DNA from: an uncultured cyanobacterium
Lineage (GTDB): Bacteria; Cyanobacteriota; Cyanobacteriia; Cyanobacteriales; CAWUOF01
Assembly (NCBI GenBank): GCA_963744145.1
Contig: CAVUSO010000001.1
Location: forward strand, 256,001 to 320,000
Direction: 5' to 3'
Length of the DNA stretch: 64,000 bases
A program made the position numbers and the translations under genes. Below are positions 38,686-49,749 of this stretch, one piece after another (the stretch's first letter is position 1; the number at the start of each line of letters is the position of its first letter). The notes beneath the pieces were generated by a model. It ran no database searches. It had not been told where the DNA came from and was given only the letters and a program-made list of their open reading frames with translations.

Positions 38686-40524
38686 TTGATAAATCATTTC
38701 TGGACAATCAATCGAAACATGGGGAAATATTGGTCTCAATCAGCTAAGATTTTTCAGTATAGCCAAAGAGCTGTAAATTTAGTATGGACTACTAGTCATA
38801 GTCTCACCATAGCGATCGCAATTTTGACAATTATCGCTGGATTATTACCAGGATTGATCGCTTATCTCGGTAAATTAATCGTAGATACAGTAATTTTAGC
38901 AGCTCATTCTAGTTTACCCCAGCATCTTCACTGGGCAATAGGTTATGTGGGGATCGAAGCGATCGCTGTCATATTATTAGCAGGAACCCAAAGAGGTTTA
39001 ATTGTTTCTCAATCCTTATTAAGAGTATTATTAGGACAAAAAGTTAATGTCTTAATTTTAGAAAAAGCCTTAGAACTTGAACTCGTTCACTTTGAAGATC
39101 CGGAAATATATGATAAAATGAATCGGGCTAGACAAGAAGCTTCGACTCGTCCATTAGGACTAATTAGCAAAACTTTTAATATTGTCCAAAATACCCTAAC
39201 CTTAATCACTTATAGTGGATTATTATTAAAATTTTCAGTCTGGGCAGTAATTATCTTAGCACTCACTGCTCTCCCAGCTTTTATTGCCGAAACTAGGTTT
39301 GCTGGAACCGCTTTTCGCTTATTTCAATGGCGATCGCCCGAAACTCGTGAACAACACTATTTAGAAACTTTACTTGCTCGAGAAGATTACGCTAAGGAAG
39401 TAAAATTATATCAATTAGGACAGGTATTATTAGAACGTTACTGCCAGATTTTCGATCGCTTTTATCACCGGGATCAAACCTTAACCATCCACCGGGGAAT
39501 TTGGTCTTATCTCCTGGGATTAATTAGTACAGCTACATTTTATCTTGCTTATGCTTGGATCGTAAAAGAAGCAATTAGCAATCAAATTTCTCTCGGGGAT
39601 ATGACGATGTATTTAATGGTATTTCGTCAAGGACAAAGTACCTTTGCGAATATTTTAAGTTCCATCGGGGGAATGTATGAAGATTATTTATATTTATCCA
39701 TCCTCTATGAATTTCTGGAACAGCAAATACCACTTGCTATTGGTAATGCTCAACAAGGAACAATCCCGGGAGATGGAATAAGGTTTGAAAATGTTTATTT
39801 TACCTATCCAGGAAGTCACGAACCTGCTTTAAAAGGAATATCCTTCCATTTAAAACCAGGTACTAAACTCGCGATCGTGGGCGAAAATGGCTCCGGAAAA
39901 ACTACCTTAATTAAACTATTAACCCGTTTATATAGACCTGACTCGGGCAGAATTTTATTAGACGGATTAGATTTGCAAGTATGGGATCTAGAAATATTAC
40001 ATCGTCGATTTGCGGTAATTTTTCAAGATTTTGTGCATTACCAGTTTATCGTTGGAGAAAATGTGGGAGTCGGAGACATTGAACACTTAAGTGATTCTGG
40101 TCGATGGGCGATCGCATCAGCTAAGGGAATGGCAAAACCTTTTATTGAATCTTTACCACAAGGGTATTATAGTCAATTAGGACGTTGGTTTAAAAGCGGA
40201 ATCGAACTTTCTGGGGGACAATGGCAAAAAATTGCTTTATCGAGAGCCTTTATGCGCGAAAAAGCTGATATACTTATACTAGATGAACCAACCGCAGCAA
40301 TGGACGCAGAAGCTGAAGTCCAGATTTTTCATCATTTATCCCAACTCACTCCTACCCAGATGGTGATCCTAATTTCCCATCGGTTTTCTACAGTCCGGAT
40401 GGCTAACCAAATTCTGGTAATTCAATCAGGGGTAGTATTAGAACAAGGAACCCATGCTGAATTACTCAATCAAAATGGACGCTATGCTACCTTATTTCGA
40501 CTCCAAGCTCAAGGATACCAGTAA
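38686..40524 (+). CDS. ABC transporter, fused permease/ATP-binding
   Basis: TM N-half; GENGSGKTT, LSGGQWQK, ILDEPT, ISHR. Confidence 0.93.
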   Translation: MINHFWTINRNMGKYWSQSAKIFQYSQRAVNLVWTTSHSLTIAIAILTIIAGLLPGLIAYLGKLIVDTVILAAHSSLPQHLHWAIGYVGIEAIAVILLAGTQRGLIVSQSLLRVLLGQKVNVLILEKALELELVHFEDPEIYDKMNRARQEASTRPLGLISKTFNIVQNTLTLITYSGLLLKFSVWAVIILALTALPAFIAETRFAGTAFRLFQWRSPETREQHYLETLLAREDYAKEVKLYQLGQVLLERYCQIFDRFYHRDQTLTIHRGIWSYLLGLISTATFYLAYAWIVKEAISNQISLGDMTMYLMVFRQGQSTFANILSSIGGMYEDYLYLSILYEFLEQQIPLAIGNAQQGTIPGDGIRFENVYFTYPGSHEPALKGISFHLKPGTKLAIVGENGSGKTTLIKLLTRLYRPDSGRILLDGLDLQVWDLEILHRRFAVIFQDFVHYQFIVGENVGVGDIEHLSDSGRWAIASAKGMAKPFIESLPQGYYSQLGRWFKSGIELSGGQWQKIALSRAFMREKADILILDEPTAAMDAEAEVQIFHHLSQLTPTQMVILISHRFSTVRMANQILVIQSGVVLEQGTHAELLNQNGRYATLFRLQAQGYQ

Positions 40525-40556
40525 TTAAACAGTTAAGGAATTTACTAGCTAAATTT

Positions 40557-41006
40557 ATGGATTGTATAGATTATTTTTACCGATTAATTGCACGTCGAGA
40601 ATACAGTGTCGCCGAACTAATTAATAAGGGCAAAGAAAAAGACTTTGCTGAAAGTGAAATTCATGAAGCGATCGCCGAACTTCAAGCGAAGGGATATCAA
40701 TCGGATCATCGGTTAGTAGAAAATCGGATTTTATCAGGAACTGGCAAATATGGCAAATCTTTATTAAAGCGCAAATGTTTAGAAAAAGGAATTCCGGGAT
40801 ATGTATTTGAGGAAGTATGGAGCGCACATCAAGAAAATGGTGAGCCGATCGAGTTAGATCATTTAAAAGATAAAGTTATGCGTAAGTACCATCTAGAAAG
40901 TTTTGCGAATATTGACCAAAAAACTAAAGCTAAAGTAATTAATTATTTACAATACAGAGGGTTTAATGCTTTTCAACTTTTAAAAGATTGGCAAATAGAA
41001 GAATAA
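40557..41006 (+). CDS. recX: RecX family regulator
   Basis: LIARREYSVAEL..GYQSDHR..YG..EKGI..YLQYRGF. Confidence 0.85.
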   Translation: MDCIDYFYRLIARREYSVAELINKGKEKDFAESEIHEAIAELQAKGYQSDHRLVENRILSGTGKYGKSLLKRKCLEKGIPGYVFEEVWSAHQENGEPIELDHLKDKVMRKYHLESFANIDQKTKAKVINYLQYRGFNAFQLLKDWQIEE

Positions 41007-41259
41007 CTGTTTCAGGTTAATTTGATTAATCTGTACTTGGGCTGGGAGATAGATATTAGATCAAAAGGGGATTGATGGGAAAAATAGATAAGCTTGTCTT
41101 ATTCATTGGCCGAATCTGGACTTAAAAAGACCCAAAATTAGCAAAAACCTGATAAAATAATAGTGTACATTAGGTGTAGGCGTTTTAACGATTTTAGCCA
41201 CTTGAGGGGCAATTAGACGATCGCCGAATCCAACATGGAAGAATTTTTTCCCTCTAAAA

Positions 41260-42114
41260 TTGATTCAGTACCGGAAATTGCGACTCCATCATGGTCTACT
41301 TATGATCAAAAAAAACTATTGGTTAATTACGGGAGGAGTTGCGGTTTCGATCATTACAGGTATTGCTTTAGCAAGTATATTACCTGCTCATCTCAGCAAT
41401 ATCTGGTCTAAACCGACGGGTTCTCTCCAGAATCAGCTCTTATCAAGTCCAACTAATCAACCATCACAGGGAAAAATCGCTGAAAAATCAAATCTAGATG
41501 ACTCTTCCCATCACCATCGGTTAGACTTACAAGATCGAATTAGACCTGGGAGTAATTTTGATCGGTTTCGCAAACGCTTACGACAAGCAGTGCGATCGCG
41601 AGATGCTAATTTAATCCGATCCATTGCTAGTCCTCAGATTCGATTAAGCTTTAACTCTTCCCGGACTCTGGATGATCTGGATCTAAATAATCCCCGAGCC
41701 CCAATTTGGTTAGCTATGGAAAAAGCTTTTGCTGGTGGTTGTAACAAACAGACCCATAATGGGAAAAAACCAACTTGGATTTGTCCACAGGTTGGGGCAA
41801 TTTGGCCCCAACAACTTGATCCCCAGCATTATGTGGCAATTATTGGTGAAAATGTTAACGTGCGCGATCGCCCTAATCACAATAGTCAAATCATCGGTAT
41901 ACTATCTAATGAAGCCGTGGAATTAGATCAAACTGCACTGAAGAAAACCCCAGTAAATTTTAATAACTTAAATGATTGGACTCCAATTATTTTACCAAAT
42001 AAACAACATGGTTATATCGCGAATAATTATGTTTATTCAGCTTATGGCTATCACGGTTTTTTTGAAAAAATTGGCGGTAAATGGAAAATGACTACCTTTC
42101 AATCTGGCAAATAA
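41260..42114 (+). CDS. Exported SH3-domain protein
   Basis: N-terminal TM; NVNVRDRPNHNSQIIGIL..W..GYI. Confidence 0.75.
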   Translation: MIQYRKLRLHHGLLMIKKNYWLITGGVAVSIITGIALASILPAHLSNIWSKPTGSLQNQLLSSPTNQPSQGKIAEKSNLDDSSHHHRLDLQDRIRPGSNFDRFRKRLRQAVRSRDANLIRSIASPQIRLSFNSSRTLDDLDLNNPRAPIWLAMEKAFAGGCNKQTHNGKKPTWICPQVGAIWPQQLDPQHYVAIIGENVNVRDRPNHNSQIIGILSNEAVELDQTALKKTPVNFNNLNDWTPIILPNKQHGYIANNYVYSAYGYHGFFEKIGGKWKMTTFQSGK

Positions 42115-42193
42115 GTCTGCTGAGTCAGGTTACTGTTAAGATTTTTAACCCATGTCGCCAAAAATTGAAAAATAATTTAGTAATTAGGTATAA

Positions 42194-42949
42194 TTGATCT
42201 ATTTACCGACCAGCGACCAAATGTCTAAACCAAATAAACAAACATCCCCATCACAGCCACATACACACCAACTAGATCAAGTACATGAAACTAGAGAAGC
42301 GCAAGTAGCATATCGTTTTAATAAACAGTATCGAGGAGAAGCGTTTAAACTACCAGAAGAAATAGAAGCAATGCCAATTTTTAGTGAGTGGGTTTCCGGT
42401 AAACTTAATGCTAAAATTGTATCACCTTTTTGGGAAATAGCTCAACCGCAAAAGCATCAGCGTTGTTTAGATATTGGTTGTGGAGTAAGTTTTTTAATAT
42501 ATCCTTGGCGCGATTGGGAAGCATATTTTTATGGTCAAGAGATTAGTAATGTAGCTAAAGAAGCACTCACTGCTCGAGGACCACAGCTCAATTCCAAATT
42601 ATTTAAAGGAGTACAACTCGGAGCAGCTCACGAATTAAATTATGAAAGTAATTTTTTTGATTTAGCGATCGCGACCGGTTTTAGCTGCTACTTTCCGCTC
42701 AGTTACTGGGAATTAGTAATGACATCAGTCAAAAAAGTTCTTAAACCTAACGGTCGCTTGATCTTTGATATTCTGAATCCAGAAAAACCTTTAGCTGAAG
42801 ATTGGGCAGTATTAGAAACTTATCTAGGTGCGGAAGTATTTTTAGAAGCGATCGAGGATTGGGAAAAACTAATCGAAAGGAAGGGTGGCAAAATAGTTAA
42901 CCAAACATCTGGAGAATTATTTCAATTATATGAAATTCATTTTACTTAA
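42194..42949 (+). CDS. Class I SAM-dependent methyltransferase
   Basis: CLDIGCG, FDLAIA, LKPNGRL. Confidence 0.88.
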   Translation: MIYLPTSDQMSKPNKQTSPSQPHTHQLDQVHETREAQVAYRFNKQYRGEAFKLPEEIEAMPIFSEWVSGKLNAKIVSPFWEIAQPQKHQRCLDIGCGVSFLIYPWRDWEAYFYGQEISNVAKEALTARGPQLNSKLFKGVQLGAAHELNYESNFFDLAIATGFSCYFPLSYWELVMTSVKKVLKPNGRLIFDILNPEKPLAEDWAVLETYLGAEVFLEAIEDWEKLIERKGGKIVNQTSGELFQLYEIHFT

Positions 42950-43047
42950 ATCGTGGAATTTTCAAGCCTAGGGCAACAACTGGTTAGCCGTAACACATTT
43001 TATGCTACGCTATCTGATAATCTGATCAGACCAGCCACGTAATAAGT

Positions 43048-43860
43048 ATGAAAAACGAATTTATCTCGATTTTATCGAACCGAGAATTAGACAAGATGCG
43101 AAAAGCAGGACGTTTAGCAGCGGAACTGCTTGACCATCTAGAACTGATGATCAAACCAGGAGTAAGTACCCTCGCAATTAATGATGAAGCAGAAAGATGG
43201 ACAAAAGCCAGAGGGGCAAAAAGTGCCCCACTTGGTTATAAAGGATTTCCTAAGTCGATCTGCACCAGTGTCAATTATGTGGTCTGTCATGGTATTCCTA
43301 ACGCTAAGGAAATCCTCAAAGATGGAGATATTATTAATATTGATGTGACCCCTTTAGTGGATGGCTATCATGGTGATATATCAAAAACTTTTTTTGCTGG
43401 TACACCTTCACCAACCGCAAAAAAGCTAGTAGAAGTGACCGAGGAATGTTTATTTAGAGGTATTGCGGAAGTTAAACCTGGTGCGAAAATTGGTGATATT
43501 GGTGCCGCAATTCAAGAATATGCAGAAGCACAAGGATTTTCCGTAGTGCGAGATTTTGCGGGTCACGGAGTTCACCGAGTTTTTCATGCACCACCAGAAG
43601 TCCTTCACTATGGTAAACGTGGTACAGGAAAACGTCTCCGCTCTGGGATGGTGTTTACTATCGAACCAATGATTAATGAAGGTACTTGGGAAGTGGAAAT
43701 TCTTAAAGATGGATGGACAGCAATTACCCAGGATCGCAAACTTTCAGCTCAATTCGAGCATACAATTGCCGTTACTGATTCAGGGGTTGAGATTCTTACT
43801 TTACCTCCAAAACCAGCGGCGATCGGTGCTGGTTGTATTCCAGAAAACCAAAAAGTCTAG
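43048..43860 (+). CDS. map: Methionine aminopeptidase type I
   Basis: CTSVNYVVCHGIP, DVT, GYHGD, GHG, FTIEPMIN, SAQFEHT. Confidence 0.95.
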   Translation: MKNEFISILSNRELDKMRKAGRLAAELLDHLELMIKPGVSTLAINDEAERWTKARGAKSAPLGYKGFPKSICTSVNYVVCHGIPNAKEILKDGDIINIDVTPLVDGYHGDISKTFFAGTPSPTAKKLVEVTEECLFRGIAEVKPGAKIGDIGAAIQEYAEAQGFSVVRDFAGHGVHRVFHAPPEVLHYGKRGTGKRLRSGMVFTIEPMINEGTWEVEILKDGWTAITQDRKLSAQFEHTIAVTDSGVEILTLPPKPAAIGAGCIPENQKV

Positions 43861-44281
43861 ATTCCTAGATCTAATTGGGCGATCGTACTTGTCCAGCGCG
43901 ATCGCCTAACTTTCCCGATTTAATTAACCAATAATATATCTAAAATACCTGAACTAGATTATAGTTTCATCGATTTTAAAAACGGAATATTCGGTTAAAA
44001 CCAATATGGTATTTATATTAATCGTGTAGTCTCAAATGCTGATAGTGAAAGTAATTCAGGTTATTGACATAGTATTTTTAGATACTTAATTCCTGAGATT
44101 AATATGAGCGAACCGAACCGAACCAAAAGTAATTCGGTTTCCCGTATTGCTAAAAAGTTGAACACATTATAAATTTTATTTAAAAGAAAAAATCAACAAA
44201 ACTACTTCAAAAAACCAAAAGAGTTAGCAATTACAGCACTCTTAAATTCAAAAATCAACTGACTCTAATAGGAGGTTATCG

Positions 44282-45358
44282 ATGCGGATTGCCCAAGTAG
44301 CACCGTTATGGGAGCGAGTCCCACCTCCAGCCTATGGAGGAATTGAACTCGTTGTTGCATTACTTACGGACGAACTCGTAAGACGTGGTCATGAAGTTAC
44401 CTTATTTGCATCAGGAGATTCCATTACTCTTGCCAAACTAGAATCTGTTCACTCTCAAGCAATACGTTTAGATCCGACGGTCAAAGAATATGGCATTTAT
44501 GAAATGCTAGAACTCAGTCGGGTTTATGAAAATGCAGGGGAATTTGATCTGATTCACTCCCATATAGGCTGTGCGGCTTTACCATATACCAATTTAGTCA
44601 AAACGCCTACCGTTCATACCTTACATGGCATTTTTACGCCTGATAATGAAAAAATGTTTGTTCATGCTCGTCGTCAACCATACGTGAGTATTTCCAATTC
44701 CCAAAGGGAAAAAAGATTAAAACTCAACTATGTAGCGACAGTTTATAACGGGGTTGATACCAGTACCTATGATTTTTATCCTCAGCCCCAAGATCCTCCT
44801 TACTTAGCCTTTTTAGGACGACTTTCACCAGAAAAAGGACCACATTTAGCCATAGAAATTGCCAAACGTAGTGGTTGGAAATTGAAAATAGCTGGGAAAA
44901 TTGATGTGGTTGATCGTGAATACTTCGAGGCAAGTATTAAACCCCATATAGATGGTCAACAAATTGAGTTTTTAGGCGAAGCAAATCACGCCCAAAAAAG
45001 TGTACTGATGGGAAATGCTGTAGCGACTCTATTTCCGATTACTTGGCGTGAACCTTTTGGCTTAGTAATGATTGAATCAATGGCAACAGGAACCCCAGTA
45101 ATTGCGATGAAAATGGGTTCTACCCCCGAAGTTATTGCCCATGGTAAAACTGGATTTTTGTGCGAAAACGTTGATGAATGTATCGCAGCGATCGCTCAAG
45201 TTGCCCGACTAAATCGTCAAACTTGTAGAGAATATGTGATCAAAAACTTCAGCGTTGAAAGTATGACCGATGGTTATGAAGCAGTTTATCAGCAAATCAT
45301 CGCGGAACGGTTTGTACAAAACGGTCATAATCGAACTTTGAGCGTGAGTTTTTCCTAA
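44282..45358 (+). CDS. Glycosyltransferase family 4
   Basis: VPPPAYGGIE, GRLSPEKG, EPFGLVMIESMATGTPV. Confidence 0.92.
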   Translation: MRIAQVAPLWERVPPPAYGGIELVVALLTDELVRRGHEVTLFASGDSITLAKLESVHSQAIRLDPTVKEYGIYEMLELSRVYENAGEFDLIHSHIGCAALPYTNLVKTPTVHTLHGIFTPDNEKMFVHARRQPYVSISNSQREKRLKLNYVATVYNGVDTSTYDFYPQPQDPPYLAFLGRLSPEKGPHLAIEIAKRSGWKLKIAGKIDVVDREYFEASIKPHIDGQQIEFLGEANHAQKSVLMGNAVATLFPITWREPFGLVMIESMATGTPVIAMKMGSTPEVIAHGKTGFLCENVDECIAAIAQVARLNRQTCREYVIKNFSVESMTDGYEAVYQQIIAERFVQNGHNRTLSVSFS

Positions 45359-45446
45359 GTTTAAAAAACCTGTTAATTAAAAATGAAAGTATTCTCATTC
45401 ATTTTTAATTTTTCATCCCTAATCATTTCATCAAGGAGAGAAAGGT

Positions 45447-46874
45447 ATGTCAAGCGAAACGAGACAGCCGATCGCTTTTGGGGAAGGGCGTTCATCGAGT
45501 TTATCAGGACGCTTACGAGCGGGAGAATCATCAAAAACACCTTTTATTACAGCAAAATTAAATATTCCTGGTAGACAATCGATCGCTTTAATCTCTGATC
45601 ATGGCGACCCAGCTGCCGAAATCGGTTCAGTCGAAGCTGGAGGTCAAAACGTTTATGTTCGTCAAGTTGGAGAAGCTTTAGCTAAATTGGGATGGCAAGT
45701 GGATATGTTCACTCGCAAAGCGCAGTTAACCGATCCGGAAATTGTCCAGCATTCGCCCCACTGTCGCACGATTCGGTTAGTTGCTGGACCCCAAGAGTTT
45801 ATCCCAAAAGACGAAATCTTCCCATATATGCCCCAATTTGTGGAGGAATTGCAAAAGTTTCAAAGTAAAGAAGGCATTCATTATCCCTTAGTTCACACAA
45901 ATTATTGGCTTTCCGCTTGGATCGGATTACGGCTCAAAGAACAAACTAATATTCAGCTTGTTCATACTTATCACTCTCTGGGAGAAATAAAGTATAAAAC
46001 TGTAGCCACTAAACCACCGATTGCTAACACCCGATTAGCAGTTGAACGTCAGATTCTCAAACAAGCTAACTGTGTCGTAGCGACCAGTCCTCAAGAACAG
46101 GAGATGTTGCGATCGCTTGTCTCTGAACAAGGTTACATCGAAATCATTCCTTGTGGTACTGATGTAGATAATTTCCGTCGTATCCCCAAATCTGAAGCTA
46201 GAAAAAAATTAGGCTTTGCGATCACCGATCAGATTGTTCTTTATGTGGGACGTTTTGACCCTCGTAAAGGAATAGAAACCATCGTGCGAGCTGCCGCATT
46301 AACTGAAGCGAGAAAATCAGGCAACCTGCGCTTAGTGATTGCTGGTGGTAGCAATCCTGAATATGCTGACGGAAAGGAACGTCAACGGATTGAGGAAATT
46401 GTCGCAGAACTCGGTTTAACTGCACAAACTTTATTTACTGGTCGTTTGGGTCACGAAGTTTTACCACTTTATTACACAGCAGCTGACCTCTGTGTGGTGC
46501 CGAGTCACTACGAACCCTTTGGGTTAGTGGCGATCGAAGCAATGGCTTGTGGAACTCCAGTAGTTGCTTCTAATGTGGGTGGTTTAAAGTTTACAGTTAT
46601 TCCTGAAGAAACGGGTCTATTAGTACCACCTCAAGATCATGCAGCTTTTGCTCAAGCGATCGATCGGATTTTAGGGGACGAATTATGGGCCAGAAAATTG
46701 CAAAGACAAGCATCTGCTCGAGTCCGGGCTAATTTTAGCTGGTCTGGTGTCGCGATTCAATTAAGTGACCTTTATCGTCGTCTGCTCGCTAATTCTCTGA
46801 TGGACGAACGACTTTGGCAAACCCAACCCAGTTTGTGGTCAGAAGATGCTCAAGTCGCGATCGCGACTGGTTAA
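45447..46874 (+). CDS. Glycosyltransferase family 4 (MshA/sugar-phosphate synthase-like)
   Basis: AGGQNVYV, HTNYWLS, GRFDPRKG, EPFGLVAIEAMACGTPV. Confidence 0.9.
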   Translation: MSSETRQPIAFGEGRSSSLSGRLRAGESSKTPFITAKLNIPGRQSIALISDHGDPAAEIGSVEAGGQNVYVRQVGEALAKLGWQVDMFTRKAQLTDPEIVQHSPHCRTIRLVAGPQEFIPKDEIFPYMPQFVEELQKFQSKEGIHYPLVHTNYWLSAWIGLRLKEQTNIQLVHTYHSLGEIKYKTVATKPPIANTRLAVERQILKQANCVVATSPQEQEMLRSLVSEQGYIEIIPCGTDVDNFRRIPKSEARKKLGFAITDQIVLYVGRFDPRKGIETIVRAAALTEARKSGNLRLVIAGGSNPEYADGKERQRIEEIVAELGLTAQTLFTGRLGHEVLPLYYTAADLCVVPSHYEPFGLVAIEAMACGTPVVASNVGGLKFTVIPEETGLLVPPQDHAAFAQAIDRILGDELWARKLQRQASARVRANFSWSGVAIQLSDLYRRLLANSLMDERLWQTQPSLWSEDAQVAIATG

Positions 46875-46888
46875 GCTAGCACCAAATT

Positions 46889-46940
46889 AAATCTACCTGA
46901 TCTTATCCTCCGGGAATTTGAGAGATCAGGTTGAGATTTT
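46889..46940. terminator. Hairpin between convergent genes
   Basis: ACCTGATCT..AGATCAGGT with AAATCT/AGATTT flanks. Confidence 0.55.
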
Positions 46941-46948
46941 GACTGGAT

Positions 46949-47495
46949 TTATTCACGACAAGCCCACCGTTTCCAGTCACTTGGTTTACCAGAAAACCAA
47001 GAAGTTTCCACAGGAATATCTTGTGGTAAAGCTAGTGTCAGTAAAAAACAAAGCACTTGACGGGTATAACTTTGGTGACAGTAAAAACTAAAATAACCTT
47101 GGAGTCCGAATTGATTTTGTTGCCAATAAATACTGACATCCCGACTTTCCCCGCGAATATGCACAACTCGATGTAGGGAAATTCGACGCACCTGATCCCA
47201 ACTAATTAAAATCGTTCCTGAAAATGGACCAGATATTTTTTAACCCAAATTTACTGATTGCTAAAGACTGTCCTAATCCTTCGGCAATAAATATTGTTGG
47301 TGTAAAAATAATTAAGATCAGGATCTTAAAAATAAAAAAGATGCCGATCGGCAAAAACAACACGCAACCAGTCAGTGAGATATAAAAAACCAGCCATCCC
47401 CAAAACGCGACTTTCGGGTTAATCGCTGATTTAACTATCATAGTTTTTTGCTTAGTTTCCACAGGATTTACTTGCTCCTGATATAACTTGGGCAT
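46949..47495 (-). pseudogene. Two-TM membrane protein split by a frameshift in an A6 run (47236-47241)
   Basis: Deleting one A joins the 97-aa and 80-aa ORFs: ..SKFGLKISGPFSGTILISWDQVRRISL.., about 181 aa. Confidence 0.7.
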
Positions 47496-47726
47496 TGGCT
47501 TTTTTTTTGGAAAAATGTATATTTGCTCAATGTTGTCTTAATTAAAGAACAAAGAGATCAGCTCCGATCGCCTGGGTATTTAATATAATCTTAATAATTT
47601 TCATACAGATGAAATAGGTTTAATAAATATTAGTGAAATATTTACCAAAAATAGATAGAAATTTTTCATTTGCTCAAAAATTTTTCCTCCTCTAATAGCA
47701 GTTTCAGGGTTAAATCACCCCAGGAA

Positions 47727-48941
47727 TTAAGATCGACATAAGGCTAAGTCAGGCATTAATCTAGTCATAATTTGCTGGAGAACCATTGCTGTCCAATCCA
47801 CATCAGCTTCAGTGGTATCTCGTCCTAAAGTCAGACGAATTCCACCCAGAGCTAACCGATCACTATATCCCATAGCTAACAAAATCGGACTAGGATTCAA
47901 CTTACCACTATGACAAGCAGCACCAGCACTAATCCCAATTCCGGCTAGATTCATCTGTCGGACTAAGGTTTTTCCCGTAATTACTTCCCGATCGCTACTG
48001 CAATAAGGAGGAATAATACAGAAACTCGCATGGTGGGGCAATCGATGCCAAGGATGACCTGTGGGCTTTAATCCAGGACAGTGGGCTAATTGGGCAAACA
48101 ACCGATCGCGCAATTGAATTAAACGAGGTGTTTCCCGGGTCATTTCCGTTTCCGCTAAAGTTGCAGCTACTCCAAATCCGGCAATCATGGGAACTGGTGG
48201 AGTACCAGAACGTCGCTGAAACTCTTGTCCCCCACCACCTAATAAAGGGACTAATTCCACTCCCTGACGCACATACAACGCTCCCACTCCCTGGGGACCA
48301 TAAATTTTATGACTAGATAGAGATAACAAATCCACGGGTAATGTTTGCACATCAATGGGCAAACGTCCGATGACTTGAACCGCATCAGTATGGAAAAGAA
48401 CACCGTGGGAACGAACAATATCACCTAAAACTTGAATGGGTTGGAGTGTACCTACTTCACTTTGACCATAAATAATCGAAACCAAAACTGTATTGGGGCG
48501 AATTGCTTCGACTAAGTCACGGGGATATACTTGACCGCAATTATCCACAGGTAAACGGGTTACTTCCCATCCCCATTGTTCCAGCAACTTGACTGGTTCG
48601 GCGATCGCGGAATGTTCAACACTAGAAATAATCAGATGTTGGGGCGTTTGATAATGTCTAGCTATGCCCATAATCGCTAAGTTATCAGCTTCAGTGCCAC
48701 CGGAAGTGAAAATAATTGACTCAGGATTAGATGCGTTGATTAATCGGGCGACTCGGATTCTAGCCCGTTCGATCGCAGTAGCAGCCCTTTGTCCCCACTC
48801 ATGGAGACTGGCAGGATTGCCCCATTGTTGGGTGAGAACATCTTGCATCGCAGCGATCGCCTCGGGTCGGGTTGGGGTGGTCGCACTGTAGTCCAGGTAT
48901 ATTTGCATAATTTTCCAATCCAGTAAAAGCTTTACCAACAA
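47727..48941 (-). CDS. Cysteine desulfurase, IscS/NifS family (likely start MQIY near 48908)
   Basis: YLDYSATTP, GNPASLH, FTSGGTE, SSHKIYGP, SAGAACHS. Confidence 0.93.
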   Translation of the reverse strand: MLVKLLLDWKIMQIYLDYSATTPTRPEAIAAMQDVLTQQWGNPASLHEWGQRAATAIERARIRVARLINASNPESIIFTSGGTEADNLAIMGIARHYQTPQHLIISSVEHSAIAEPVKLLEQWGWEVTRLPVDNCGQVYPRDLVEAIRPNTVLVSIIYGQSEVGTLQPIQVLGDIVRSHGVLFHTDAVQVIGRLPIDVQTLPVDLLSLSSHKIYGPQGVGALYVRQGVELVPLLGGGGQEFQRRSGTPPVPMIAGFGVAATLAETEMTRETPRLIQLRDRLFAQLAHCPGLKPTGHPWHRLPHHASFCIIPPYCSSDREVITGKTLVRQMNLAGIGISAGAACHSGKLNPSPILLAMGYSDRLALGGIRLTLGRDTTEADVDWTAMVLQQIMTRLMPDLALCRS

Positions 48942-49010
48942 AGGATCTGCTTAATCATCAGCATAAGATAATCGCAAGAAGATCCGTGGGAAATCACCAA
49001 TATTTTCTTT

Positions 49011-49442
49011 TTATCCACCGGGTTTTCGCACGTTGTAGTCTTCATGGGATAAGACTTCTTGCGGAATTAAAGTATTACCCTGATCGCGACAGATCATGCG
49101 GTAGTTGCGGGTTAAAGGAATACTTATAATTAAGCGATTGTGACGAAGACGTTTGCCACCAAATTCGGTGTAATTTCTTTTTTGCTGTAAGGCATTAATA
49201 ATTGCCCTTGCCTTAATTACCACATGATGAGGCAAAGCTCTCAGATCAATGGGGTCGAGGGCAAAAGTTGCTTCCCAGTCATTTTTTTGCTGTCGTCTTT
49301 CTGCTAGCGAAAGGGCAGTTTGTTCTTGCGCGGCGTGTTCCTGGGCACATAGGTGGCAGATTTGCCCATAACCTTTGTGGCCACAGGAAAAAGTTTTTTT
49401 TCTTCTAGGCATAATAAAGTGGTGTCGGTTTAGCCCGTACAC
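49011..49442 (-). CDS. Hypothetical protein: N-terminal Cys/His motif plus possible RelE/ParE-like domain
   Basis: CGHKGYGQICHLC; GKRL..SIPLTRNYRMI..LSHEDYN. Confidence 0.6.
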   Translation of the reverse strand: MYGLNRHHFIMPRRKKTFSCGHKGYGQICHLCAQEHAAQEQTALSLAERRQQKNDWEATFALDPIDLRALPHHVVIKARAIINALQQKRNYTEFGGKRLRHNRLIISIPLTRNYRMICRDQGNTLIPQEVLSHEDYNVRKPGG

Positions 49443-49749
49443 CGGAATAGCACTGAAGCACCGAAGATGCGTTTTTTAATTTAGACAATTGGAGCAGAGC
49501 GGCAATCTGTCCACTTGCGGCAGGTTGGTTATATTAACTTTATTTTTAAAACAATAGGCCAATCTTGAAAAATCTTTTCAGACTGGTGGGCACAAGTTTT
49601 TTCTAACCGACTGTTCCTCCTGTTGCTTTGGGCTATTATCTCATTGTTTGGATGACTATTGGGAAAATTTAGGTGCTGTTGTTTAACTAGCATCAAGGTT
49701 AGCCTGAAGTTAGCCGATCAGGTAATGGACGCAGAATTTGTCCCAATGA

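Noticed and set aside
43861-44281. AT-rich intergenic region with AACCG triplet repeat near 44111
   Set aside because: Too short and low in complexity to assign a function
47727-48941. Calling the cysteine desulfurase nifS
   Set aside because: Not next to nifU/nifB and separated from the nif genes; more likely a general IscS-like paralogue
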